Position numbers and translations under genes: made by a program. A model generated the notes under the pieces. It saw nothing but the letters and a program-made list of their open reading frames with translations. It was not told where the DNA came from and searched no databases. Source: a virus. Taken from it: 33,775 bases of DNA. Numbering within the stretch: the stretch's first letter is position 1; the number at the start of each line of letters is the position of its first letter. Below, one piece after another: positions 1-6,724 of the stretch. Location: IMG/VR virus record IMGVR_UViG_3300045988_077922, positions 1 through 33,775 of that record; one strand, 5' to 3'.

Positions 1-220
1 TGGATGTTGCCGAAAGGGCAAATGGAAATGCCCCAGAGGGCAAATGGATTTTGCCAAAAGGGCAAATGGAAATGCCCCAGAGGGCAAATGGAAATGCCCC
101 AGAGGGCAAATGGAAATGCCCCAGAGGGCAAATGGAAATGCCCCAGAGGGCAAATGGAAATGCCCCAGAGGGCAAATGGAAATGCCCCAGAGGGCAAATG
201 GAAATGCCCCAGAGGGCAAA
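1..220. repeat. Tandem 22-bp iteron array (units 2-10 plus a partial unit 11); putative origin of replication inside the initiator gene
   Basis: The unit gggcaaatggaaatgccccaga starts at 16, 60, 82, 104, 126, 148, 170 and 192. A variant gggcaaatggattttgccaaaa starts at 38 and a partial gggcaaa at 214. Each unit contains the inverted repeat GGGCA-n8-TGCCC. Confidence 0.8.
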
Positions 221-236
221 CCTATACCAGATATAA
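3..236 (+). CDS. Continuation of the 33396 ORF through the iterons (codons at positions divisible by 3), ending at TAA 234-236
   Basis: Frame was tracked by hand across the 55-bp overlap: 33723 corresponds to base 3. The product is ...KGQMDVAERANGNAPEGKWILPKGQMEMPQRANG...QRANLYQI*, the same frame as track ORF 51..236. Confidence 0.5.
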   Translation, partial: DVAERANGNAPEGKWILPKGQMEMPQRANGNAPEGKWKCPRGQMEMPQRANGNAPEGKWKCPRGQMEMPQRANLYQI

Positions 237-577
237 ACACAGATATAACCACACTTAATAAACCAGATATACGCGCACCGAAGAAGGAGATGAGCAACAA
301 ATATGGAGAGTACAAGAACGTCCTTCTCAGCGATACAGATTTGGCGAAGCTAAAAAGCGAGTTCCCCAACGATTGGGAGGAGAGAATCGAACGGCTCAGC
401 GCCTACATAGCTTCGACGGGCAAGAGCTACAAGAGCCATCTAGCGACCATACGCAATTGGGCAAGACGTAATTCAGAAGCTCGCAAGAAGACGAGCCGCA
501 ACGAATCTCATTGGCAGAAAACCGAGGAAGAGAAGCAAGACGAGGAAGCATGGATGCGCAACGTCATCCAATGCTAG
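44..577 (+). CDS. DnaD-like / phage replication-protein C-terminal domain ORF; it starts inside the iteron array and is out of frame with the N-terminal ORF
   Basis: KYGEYKNVLLSDTDLAKLKSEFPNDWEERIERLSAYIASTGKSYKSHLATIRNWARRN matches the DnaD / phage replication C-terminal domain pattern (KS-H-x-T-I-x-x-W). This frame is open from 33629 around the circle. Confidence 0.7.
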   Translation: MDFAKRANGNAPEGKWKCPRGQMEMPQRANGNAPEGKWKCPRGQMEMPQRANGNAPEGKPIPDINTDITTLNKPDIRAPKKEMSNKYGEYKNVLLSDTDLAKLKSEFPNDWEERIERLSAYIASTGKSYKSHLATIRNWARRNSEARKKTSRNESHWQKTEEEKQDEEAWMRNVIQC

Positions 578-595
578 GAGAAGGGAGCAAATGAA

Positions 596-1432
596 ATGGA
601 CACTGACAAACTGATTCAAGGCATAGCCGAGACGGCGGGTAGGGCCAACCGCCAAAACGAGGGCGATTACATCGAGAACGGCATCCTCATGTGCGGCAAG
701 TGCCGAACGCCGAAGCAATGCGAGATGGAGCTGGGCGGGCGGATAATAAAACCTTACTGCATGTGCCGCTGCGAAGCCGAGGGCTATGAGCGCGAGAAGG
801 AGGAGAAGCGCAAGGCTGAGCGAATGCACAGGCTCGACATGATGCGCCGCACTGGGTTCCCCGATGCTGAGATGCGGGCGTGGACTTTCGAGAACGACGA
901 TGGCGGCAACGAGAAAATCATGGACGTGATGAAGCGCTACGTCGCGAACTTCCCGCGCATGCTCGAATCTGGCAAGGGCCTTATGCTTTGCGGGTCGGTT
1001 GGCACTGGGAAGAGCTACGCAGCCGCCAGCGTTGCCAACGCGCTTATAGACGCGGGAACGCCCTGCATGATGACCAACTTCAACCGCCTGGTTAACGTCA
1101 TCAACGAATCGTTCGAGAGGCGGCAGAAGTACATCGACAGCCTGAACGAGTTCGACCTGCTGATAATCGATGATCTGGCCTCTGAGCGCGACACCGAGTT
1201 CATGGCCGAGCGAATCATGAACATCATCGACGCGAGGTACCGCGCGGGACTTCCGCTAATCGTCACCACGAACCTCACCGTCCAGGAGCTTTTGGGAGCC
1301 ACGGACATTCGCAAGCAGCGGGTTTTCAGCCGATTAATCGAGATGTGCGTCCCGATAACCGTCACGGGCCGCGACCGAAGGAAGGCGAAGGCCGCGCAGA
1401 ACGCCGAGATCATGGGGCTGCTTGGGCTGTGA
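596..1432 (+). CDS. DnaC/IstB-like AAA+ helicase loader with an N-terminal Cys cluster
   Basis: Walker A is GSVGTGKSYAA and Walker B is LLIIDDL. TTN is a sensor-like motif. The N-terminal CGKCRTPKQC...CMCRC is zinc-finger-like. Confidence 0.85.
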   Translation: MDTDKLIQGIAETAGRANRQNEGDYIENGILMCGKCRTPKQCEMELGGRIIKPYCMCRCEAEGYEREKEEKRKAERMHRLDMMRRTGFPDAEMRAWTFENDDGGNEKIMDVMKRYVANFPRMLESGKGLMLCGSVGTGKSYAAASVANALIDAGTPCMMTNFNRLVNVINESFERRQKYIDSLNEFDLLIIDDLASERDTEFMAERIMNIIDARYRAGLPLIVTTNLTVQELLGATDIRKQRVFSRLIEMCVPITVTGRDRRKAKAAQNAEIMGLLGL

Positions 1433-1698
1433 CCGAGCGCGAGCTATCGAGTGCCGTGCACCTCAAAGCCGAGCTTGACGCGCTCCGCAGGGTTGCCGCC
1501 GAAGAGAGCAGCGCGGACGTGCTGAGGGCGATCGACAGGCAGGCGAGGGCGGTCGAAGCTCCGATGCATCGAATGCGATTCCGCGAGGGCGTGGTGCGTT
1601 GGCGGGACGAACATGCAGACAGGCTACTGCACGAAGCACGACATGCCGCTTTCGAGCAGCGAGCTGCAAAGCAGCCAATGGGACATGTGCGGGACTGA
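1429..1698 (+). CDS. Hypothetical protein (GTG start overlapping the loader stop as GTGA); the 3' half may be in another frame
   Basis: In frame with track ORF 1345..1698. GTG 1429 overlaps TGA 1430-1432. See the finding on the frame switch. Confidence 0.4.
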   Translation: MTERELSSAVHLKAELDALRRVAAEESSADVLRAIDRQARAVEAPMHRMRFREGVVRWRDEHADRLLHEARHAAFEQRAAKQPMGHVRD

Positions 1699-1753
1699 TG
1701 CGATTTGATCAGCGACAACAAAGGCAGTTCAGAGCGAACGGAAAGGAACAGCG

Positions 1754-2176
1754 ATGAGCAACGATAACTGGTTCAGGGTCGAGCCGCCAAGGGACGCTAA
1801 CGGCAAGGTTATACCGCTCGACACTGAGGTGCTGTATGACAAGTACGAGAATGTTTTCCATGTGGCATATTTCCTCTACTCGCCAAAGAAGAAGGAATGG
1901 CTTGTCAGTGGGGGCTTTACGGGACCAAAAGACAGCTGGTGTTTCGAGACCAATAGACTCCTCCTTGTCCAGCCAGACTCATGGAAGAAGCTTGAAAAGG
2001 ATGCGAAGATGGAAGCGTGTGATTATGCATGCGCGCCGTGGGATGAGTACGGCGGCGGCTTCTTGTGCTGCGAGTGCCGATTTCAGAAGAGCAAATCATG
2101 CCAACAGGCGATGATTATCGACATGATAGCTCGCGCCAAGCGACTCGCAGGGGTCGAAGAGAAGGATGGCGAGTAA
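1754..2176 (+). CDS. Hypothetical early protein (Cys-rich C-terminal half)
   Basis: A 140-aa ORF preceded by RBS gaaaggaaca. It contains PDSWKKLEKDA and CDYAC...CCEC...SC. Confidence 0.6.
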   Translation: MSNDNWFRVEPPRDANGKVIPLDTEVLYDKYENVFHVAYFLYSPKKKEWLVSGGFTGPKDSWCFETNRLLLVQPDSWKKLEKDAKMEACDYACAPWDEYGGGFLCCECRFQKSKSCQQAMIIDMIARAKRLAGVEEKDGE

Positions 2177-2537
2177 AATGCCTATTTGCTATTGCAGGAC
2201 AGGCGGCTATGGGCGATTTCTGCAAGTTGTCGAGCAGAAAGTTGTCGAGCAGAAGCCAGTGCAGCAGAAGGTCGATGAATGCCAGGGAACCGAGCCTGCC
2301 AAGCGCATGACGAAGCGCAAGCTTCACCAGCTTGAGCCGTTGAAGCCTTCGAATCGTGAGACGAGAGTTCGTTGCGTTGAGACGGGCATGGAGTTCGAGA
2401 CGGTCAAGCAGGCAGGCTCTGCCCTTGCCGCGCTCGGATTTGGCAAGGATGCGGCTGTAGCAGCGGCAGCGATTAGCAACTGCATGAGGACTGGCGGCAC
2501 TGCTTACGGCTTCCACTTCGTTAAGGTGGCGTCGTAG
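2166..2537 (+). CDS. Small DNA-binding protein with a homing-endonuclease-type (NUMOD/IENR-like) HTH C-terminus and no nuclease domain
   Basis: The C-terminus VRCVETGMEFETVKQAG...ISNCMRTGGTAYGFHFVKV resembles the DNA-binding tail of phage HNH/GIY homing endonucleases. A tandem VVEQK-VVEQK repeat is present. Confidence 0.45.
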   Translation: MASKMPICYCRTGGYGRFLQVVEQKVVEQKPVQQKVDECQGTEPAKRMTKRKLHQLEPLKPSNRETRVRCVETGMEFETVKQAGSALAALGFGKDAAVAAAAISNCMRTGGTAYGFHFVKVAS

Positions 2538-2560
2538 CCGATGAAGAGAAAGGAATCGAA

Positions 2561-3178
2561 ATGTTGGCAGAGGTAATAGCGAAGACAACCGAGTTCCCGT
2601 TGAAGCTGATCGGGTCGGTTGCAGGCGTATCGACCGCGAGGGGAGGAAGCGAAAAGGACATAGCCAACAGAACGCGTCATTGCTTCGAGCTTGGTCATAT
2701 GAGCGTTTTCGAGCACGTAAGCGTTACGTGGGAGATCGGCGGCATCAGTCGTGCCTGCTCGCATCAGCTGGTGCGGCATCGCCTGGCTAGTTTCTGCCAG
2801 CAGAGCCAGCGTTACGTCAAGGTCTGTACGGACAGCACGGATTGGTACGTGATACCGCCATCCATCAGGGAAGACGATCTGAAGTGCGTTGAGTACGAGG
2901 TTGCAATGTACCAATGCGCAAAGCATTACAATTCGCTGCTCAAGAAGGGAGTGAAGCCAGAGGATGCACGTTTCGCGCTTCCAGAAGCCACAAAGACGGC
3001 GATCGTGGCAACCATGAACCTTCGAGAGTTCGCGAGCTTCTACGCGCTGCGCACCGACAAGGCGGCTCAGTGGGAGATTCGCGAGCTTGCCAAGGAGATG
3101 TTCGATGGGCTTCAGCTCATTGGCGGCGAGTGGAAGGACTTCACGGAGATGATCGAGGAGGTGCGCGATGGAGATTAA
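2561..3178 (+). CDS. thyX: Flavin-dependent thymidylate synthase ThyX
   Basis: The ThyX signature RHRLASFCQQSQRY (RHRxxSxxxxSxRY) is present, with a typical length of about 205 aa. Confidence 0.9.
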   Translation: MLAEVIAKTTEFPLKLIGSVAGVSTARGGSEKDIANRTRHCFELGHMSVFEHVSVTWEIGGISRACSHQLVRHRLASFCQQSQRYVKVCTDSTDWYVIPPSIREDDLKCVEYEVAMYQCAKHYNSLLKKGVKPEDARFALPEATKTAIVATMNLREFASFYALRTDKAAQWEIRELAKEMFDGLQLIGGEWKDFTEMIEEVRDGD

Positions 3179-3476
3179 CGACGAAGAGCGGCGCGAGGTA
3201 GCAGCGCAGATGCGTGAGATTATGCGCCGAAGCCCGAACTGCTTCCTTGAAAACATGGTCGTGCGGTCAATCCTCGACGTGATTAGGGAGGGCGTGACAA
3301 TCGGCGAGACCGTCGCCGACCTCATCGACCGCCCGACGTGCCGCAGCGTAAGCGCTGACCAAAACAGGTTCGAGTGCAGCGAGTGTGGGTTTGAGATGCC
3401 GATATGGGACGGAGACGGCGGCTGGATGGCGTTTTACTTTTGCCCCAACTGCGGCGCGGAGGTGGTTGACGAATGA
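3168..3476 (+). CDS. Hypothetical protein with a C-terminal zinc ribbon
   Basis: CSECG...CPNCG is present. The start overlaps the thyX end. Confidence 0.6.
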   Translation: MEINDEERREVAAQMREIMRRSPNCFLENMVVRSILDVIREGVTIGETVADLIDRPTCRSVSADQNRFECSECGFEMPIWDGDGGWMAFYFCPNCGAEVVDE

Positions 3477-3664
3477 GCGATTGCAAGACCATCGTCACTT
3501 TCACAAGCGGACGAACCGAGACTCTTGCTGGGGACTTGGTTGCCGAGCTCGCGGAAAGGGGCATGGTGCACGAGTGGCAATTCTTCCCGTCGGTCGATGG
3601 GAAGCGGTTTGCCACTCTCATCAACATGGATTTCGTTGAAAGCGTGAGGGTGGTGAACGAATGA
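3473..3664 (+). CDS. Hypothetical protein
   Basis: A 63-aa ORF with ATGA overlap to the neighbours on both sides. Confidence 0.55.
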   Translation: MSDCKTIVTFTSGRTETLAGDLVAELAERGMVHEWQFFPSVDGKRFATLINMDFVESVRVVNE

Positions 3665-3807
3665 GCCTAACGTTTTACCTGATGCTGATCGCCGCCCTCG
3701 CGCTTTCCGTCGTGCTGCTGGCAGCCTTGGCGATCTACTGGCATGCAGAAGCGATGCTGAGCCGATGCGCCGCCAACGAGAGATGCGAAAGGGAGCTAAG
3801 ACAATGA
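3661..3807 (+). CDS. Small single-pass membrane protein (48 aa; below the ORF-track cutoff)
   Basis: Hand translation gives MSLTFYLMLIAALALSVVLLAALAIYWHAEAMLSRCAANERCERELRQ*. ATGA couples it to both neighbours. Confidence 0.55.
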   Translation: MSLTFYLMLIAALALSVVLLAALAIYWHAEAMLSRCAANERCERELRQ

Positions 3808-4208
3808 ACGAAGTCGAGTTGAAACCATTCCCTCAGCCAGATGCGTACATGAAGCTGCCGCTCGATGCAGACGGCGAGCCGATTCGAATCGGCGATGAAA
3901 TGAACATCGATGGCGACGCCATGACCGTGCTCGGCTATCGTCTCCACAACGACATGCTGCTTCTCATCGCGAAGGACAAGAAGAAGGGTCTCGTCTTCAC
4001 TCCAGAGCCATCGAGAGTCCGCCATTTCAAGCCAGAGCCAGCCGACAGCTTGGAGCGCATCGCGGACGAAATCGAAGCGGCAGAGGAATGGCGTGGCCAG
4101 AAAGGGTTCTACATAACTGGCTCGATGCTCCGCGAATGGTCAGACCGCATCCGCAAGCTGGCGAAGAAGACGGGAGGTTACGCGCATGGCAACCGAAGCG
4201 CAGATTAA
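3804..4208 (+). CDS. Hypothetical early protein (architecture resembles the 1754 ORF)
   Basis: ATG 3804 follows gggagctaagaca and overlaps the upstream stop. The product is MNEVELKPFPQPDAYMKLPLDADGEPIRIGD...PADSLERIADEIE. Confidence 0.6.
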   Translation: MNEVELKPFPQPDAYMKLPLDADGEPIRIGDEMNIDGDAMTVLGYRLHNDMLLLIAKDKKKGLVFTPEPSRVRHFKPEPADSLERIADEIEAAEEWRGQKGFYITGSMLREWSDRIRKLAKKTGGYAHGNRSAD

Positions 4209-4359
4209 GGCGCAAGCGAAGTACGACGCTGAGAACACGCGGCAAGTTCACCTGAAGCTGAATCGCCGCACCGACGGGGATGTTCTGGAAAAGCTCGACA
4301 GCGTGGCCAACAAGCAGGGCTACATCAAGGAGCTTATACGCGCCGACTTGAAAAAATAA
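4186..4359 (+). CDS. Ribbon-helix-helix (Arc/CopG-like) small DNA-binding protein (57 aa)
   Basis: Hand translation gives MATEAQIKAQAKYDAENTRQVHLKLNRRTDGDVLEKLDSVANKQGYIKELIRADLKK*. An RBS gggagg lies upstream. The beta-strand-then-two-helices pattern is RHH-like. Confidence 0.6.
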   Translation: MATEAQIKAQAKYDAENTRQVHLKLNRRTDGDVLEKLDSVANKQGYIKELIRADLKK

Positions 4360-4366
4360 TCAGATG

Positions 4367-4399
4367 CGGGAATCCGAGAGGGTTCCCGTTTTTCATTTT
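4367..4399 (+). terminator. Rho-independent terminator ending the early-left operon
   Basis: Stem CGGGAATCC, loop GAGA, stem GGGTTCCCG, followed by TTTTTCATTTT. Confidence 0.85.
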
Positions 4400-4485
4400 G
4401 AAAAACTTCCGATTCTCGCCTGAATTAAGGAACAATAGGTGTGTACTAATATACATCAGGTAAGGGAAAGAGAAAGGAAACGGTA

Positions 4486-4545
4486 ATGAAGCACATGAAC
4501 CAGAACGAACTTCCCTATATCGTCAAGGTCATTGCAGACGAATAA
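4486..4545 (+). CDS. Possible 19-aa leader ORF translationally coupled to the moron gene
   Basis: aaaggaaacggtaATG gives MKHMNQNELPYIVKVIADE*. The stop TAA 4543-4545 lies 1 nt before ATG 4547. Confidence 0.3.
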   Translation: MKHMNQNELPYIVKVIADE

Positions 4546-4546
4546 A

Positions 4547-4840
4547 ATGAAAAAGGTAAACTACGACGAAAAGCCCATCGACAACGCAGTGAAGGCGCTC
4601 ATCAAAGAACATCTCGCATGGAGCAGCAGCGACACTAGCATGCCCAGCAGGGACGAGAGCAACGTACGTGGGACCTTCATCGATGCCTGCCTCGAAGGAT
4701 GCTATACAGAAGAAGAATGGGACTTGATGAACGAAGATGAACAGAAGGAATGCTTAGCCTACTGGAACCGTAAATTCGACTATGTCGCAGCTGAGGCGGA
4801 CCGCAAGTGGGAAGCGGTCAAGGTCATGCTCGACCTCTAG
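4547..4840 (+). CDS. Acidic hypothetical protein (moron cargo)
   Basis: The product is MKKVNYDEKPIDNAVKALIKEHL...CYTEEEWDLMNEDEQKECLAYWNRKFDYVAAEADRKWEAVKVMLDL. The region is AT-richer than its neighbours and is bracketed by terminators. Confidence 0.7.
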   Translation: MKKVNYDEKPIDNAVKALIKEHLAWSSSDTSMPSRDESNVRGTFIDACLEGCYTEEEWDLMNEDEQKECLAYWNRKFDYVAAEADRKWEAVKVMLDL

Positions 4841-4850
4841 ATTCCGAATG

Positions 4851-4880
4851 GGCCACTGGAAACGGTGGCCTATTTATCGT
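4851..4880 (+). terminator. Rho-independent terminator after the moron
   Basis: Stem GGCCAC(T), loop ggaaac, stem (G)GTGGCC, followed by TATTTATCGTT. Confidence 0.75.
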
Positions 4881-4947
4881 TCCCGCAATTCCCGCTCCGC
4901 GTGTCGTATAATCAAGGGAGTGAAAAAACCAATCGGAAAGAGCGGCA

Positions 4948-5340
4948 TTGCAGGAATTCTGGGAAAAACTTTTGTGGGTGTGCATACCGTGCGCCCTAGC
5001 CGCAGCGGCGACGTTATTGTCGAATCCAAGTCTCGATTCCCGGCTTGCAATCTACTCGGCAGCTGCAATCATTGCGGTGCTCGGCATCATGATATCAAGC
5101 AGGCGCGTCGAGAAGAAGAAGGCCGACGAGGAAAACGAACTTTTCAAATCGGCTCTTCGGGCGCTGCTCAGGAGCGAGCTTATGCGAACCCATCACCAGG
5201 CAGTGCGCGACGGCCACGCTTCGACGTTGGACAAGGAAGTAATGGAGCGCACCTATCAAAGCTACCACATGCTAGGTGGCAACGGCATCGCCACGAACCT
5301 TCACGACGAGATGATGGCGTTGCCGACCAGAGACGAATAG
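4948..5340 (+). CDS. Two-TM membrane protein with a cytoplasmic helical tail; putative holin-like or lysis-accessory protein
   Basis: TTG start. The hydrophobic segments are LLWVCIPCALAAAATLL and IYSAAAIIAVLGIMI. The tail ...YQSYHMLGGNGIATNLHDEM sits directly upstream of the holin and endolysin. Confidence 0.55.
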   Translation: MQEFWEKLLWVCIPCALAAAATLLSNPSLDSRLAIYSAAAIIAVLGIMISSRRVEKKKADEENELFKSALRALLRSELMRTHHQAVRDGHASTLDKEVMERTYQSYHMLGGNGIATNLHDEMMALPTRDE

Positions 5341-5353
5341 GAGGTCGGAAAGA

Positions 5354-5584
5354 ATGAAAGAGTACATCATTCCAAGCAAGATGTATCAGGTGCTGAAATG
5401 GCTCGGGCTTATCGCATGCCCCGCAATCGCAACCTTCATAGGCGCGGTGTTCCCTGCGTGGGGAATCCCGAACGCCGATGCAGTCGTGCTCACGCTCAAC
5501 GCAACGGGCGTTCTAATCGGTGCCCTGATCGGAGTCAGCACGGCAACCTCGCGCCAGGCAGACGATGAGGAGGTGCAGAAATGA
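5354..5584 (+). CDS. Holin (Dp-1-type holin family pattern)
   Basis: [52 protein letters not shown] is followed by a charged tail. An ATGA overlap links it to the endolysin. Confidence 0.75.
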   Translation: MKEYIIPSKMYQVLKWLGLIACPAIATFIGAVFPAWGIPNADAVVLTLNATGVLIGALIGVSTATSRQADDEEVQK

Positions 5585-6627
5585 CCATGCAAGGCATCGA
5601 CTGCGCATCATATCAGGCGGGCATCGACCCGTCCGTGGTTCCGTGCGATTTCGTAATCGTGAAGAGCACTCAGGGCACGACGTACGTAAATCCAGACTTC
5701 CGCAGACTGGCAGAAGCCACGCTCGCGGCTGGCAAGGCTCTGGGCATCTACCATTACGCGAGCGGCGGCAACGCCACGGACGAAGCCAACCACATGCTCG
5801 ACGTGGCGGGCGGATACATCGGGCGGGCAATCTTCTGCCTAGACTGGGAGGGTATCCAGAACAGCGCGTTTGACAGCGGGCGCGACTCGGCTTGGATTGA
5901 CGAGTTTTGCAGCGTAATCGAAAACCGCGTCGGCTCTGAATGTCTGGTCTACCTGAGCAAGTCCGTCATGGGGTATGCAGCAGGTCACAAGCTGTGGGTG
6001 GCTCAGTACGCCAACATGAACCGCACGGGCTACCAGGACAACCCATGGAACGAGGGAGCTTACGACTGCACTATCCGCCAATACACTTCCATGGGACGCT
6101 TGGACGGCTGGGGCGGTGACCTCGACTTGGACAAGGCATACATGAGCCGAGAGGAATGGGACGCATGGGCGGCAGGAAACGGCGCTTCATCACCAGCTGG
6201 GAAGAGCAACGAGCAGATTGCCGACGAGGTAATCGAAGGCCAGTGGGGAAATGGAGACGATAGGCGCAACCGTCTAGCAAGCGCTGGATACGACTACGAC
6301 GCTATCCAGTCGATCGTCAACGCAAAGCTCCAGCCTTCGAGAAAGAGCAACGAGCAGATCGCAGACGAGGTTATCAACGGCGCATGGGGCAACGGAAACG
6401 ATAGGCGCAACCGCCTTGCCCAGGCAGGGTACGACCCTGACGCTATCCAGTCGATCGTGAACACGAAGCTTGGCGTATCGGCTCGGCAGACCTACACGGT
6501 CAAGAGAGGCGACACGCTCTCGGGAATCGCCGCCAAGTACGGCACGTCGTGGCAGCACCTCGCAGAGCTGAACGGACTCGTCAACCCGAACATCATCTAT
6601 CCAGGACAAGTTCTTACGATCGGATAA
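5581..6627 (+). CDS. Endolysin: GH25 muramidase + 2 x CW_7 repeats + LysM
   Basis: GIDCASYQ...[18 protein letters not shown]...GIYHYA is GH25-like. Two 47-aa repeats ([36 protein letters not shown]) are CW_7-like. The C-terminus [29 protein letters not shown]...IYPGQVLTI is LysM-like. Confidence 0.9.
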   Translation: MTMQGIDCASYQAGIDPSVVPCDFVIVKSTQGTTYVNPDFRRLAEATLAAGKALGIYHYASGGNATDEANHMLDVAGGYIGRAIFCLDWEGIQNSAFDSGRDSAWIDEFCSVIENRVGSECLVYLSKSVMGYAAGHKLWVAQYANMNRTGYQDNPWNEGAYDCTIRQYTSMGRLDGWGGDLDLDKAYMSREEWDAWAAGNGASSPAGKSNEQIADEVIEGQWGNGDDRRNRLASAGYDYDAIQSIVNAKLQPSRKSNEQIADEVINGAWGNGNDRRNRLAQAGYDPDAIQSIVNTKLGVSARQTYTVKRGDTLSGIAAKYGTSWQHLAELNGLVNPNIIYPGQVLTIG

Positions 6628-6671
6628 CCAGCGGCAAACAGAACATGAAGACATCTGAGCAAGACCACCAG

Positions 6672-6706
6672 GCGGCTCCCGTTAGCGCGGGGGCTGCTTT
6701 CATTCT
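6672..6706 (+). terminator. Rho-independent terminator after the lysis cassette
   Basis: Stem GCGGCTCCCG, loop ttagcg, stem CGGGGGCTGC (two G-U pairs), followed by TTTCATTCT. Confidence 0.7.
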
Positions 6707-6724
6707 GACGATTGGAGTGACTAT

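Noticed and set aside
1-55. The 55-bp identical ends could be biological direct terminal repeats or LTR-like ends of a mobile element.
   Set aside because: The overlap falls inside a coding tandem repeat and an ORF reads across it. The length is typical of an assembler k-mer overlap on a circular contig. This cannot be fully excluded without reads.
1-220. The regular 22-bp repeat array could be mistaken for a CRISPR array.
   Set aside because: The units are directly contiguous with no spacers. They lie inside an ORF, and no cas genes or leader are present. This is a tandem iteron array.
2226-2255. A 15-bp tandem duplication gttgtcgagcagaa(a/g) x2.
   Set aside because: It is in frame (VVEQK-VVEQK) within ORF 2166..2537. 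It is most simply a small slippage duplication in a linker, with no further structure.
4907-4912. A TATAAT hexamer upstream of the lysis cassette as a definite promoter.
   Set aside because: No acceptable -35 or TG extension lies at the right spacing. It is kept only as a remark, because late promoters may be activator-dependent.
6202-6474. A ~141-bp tandem DNA duplication inside the endolysin gene.
   Set aside because: It is fully explained by two CW_7 cell-wall-binding repeats (47 aa each). It is not an independent element.
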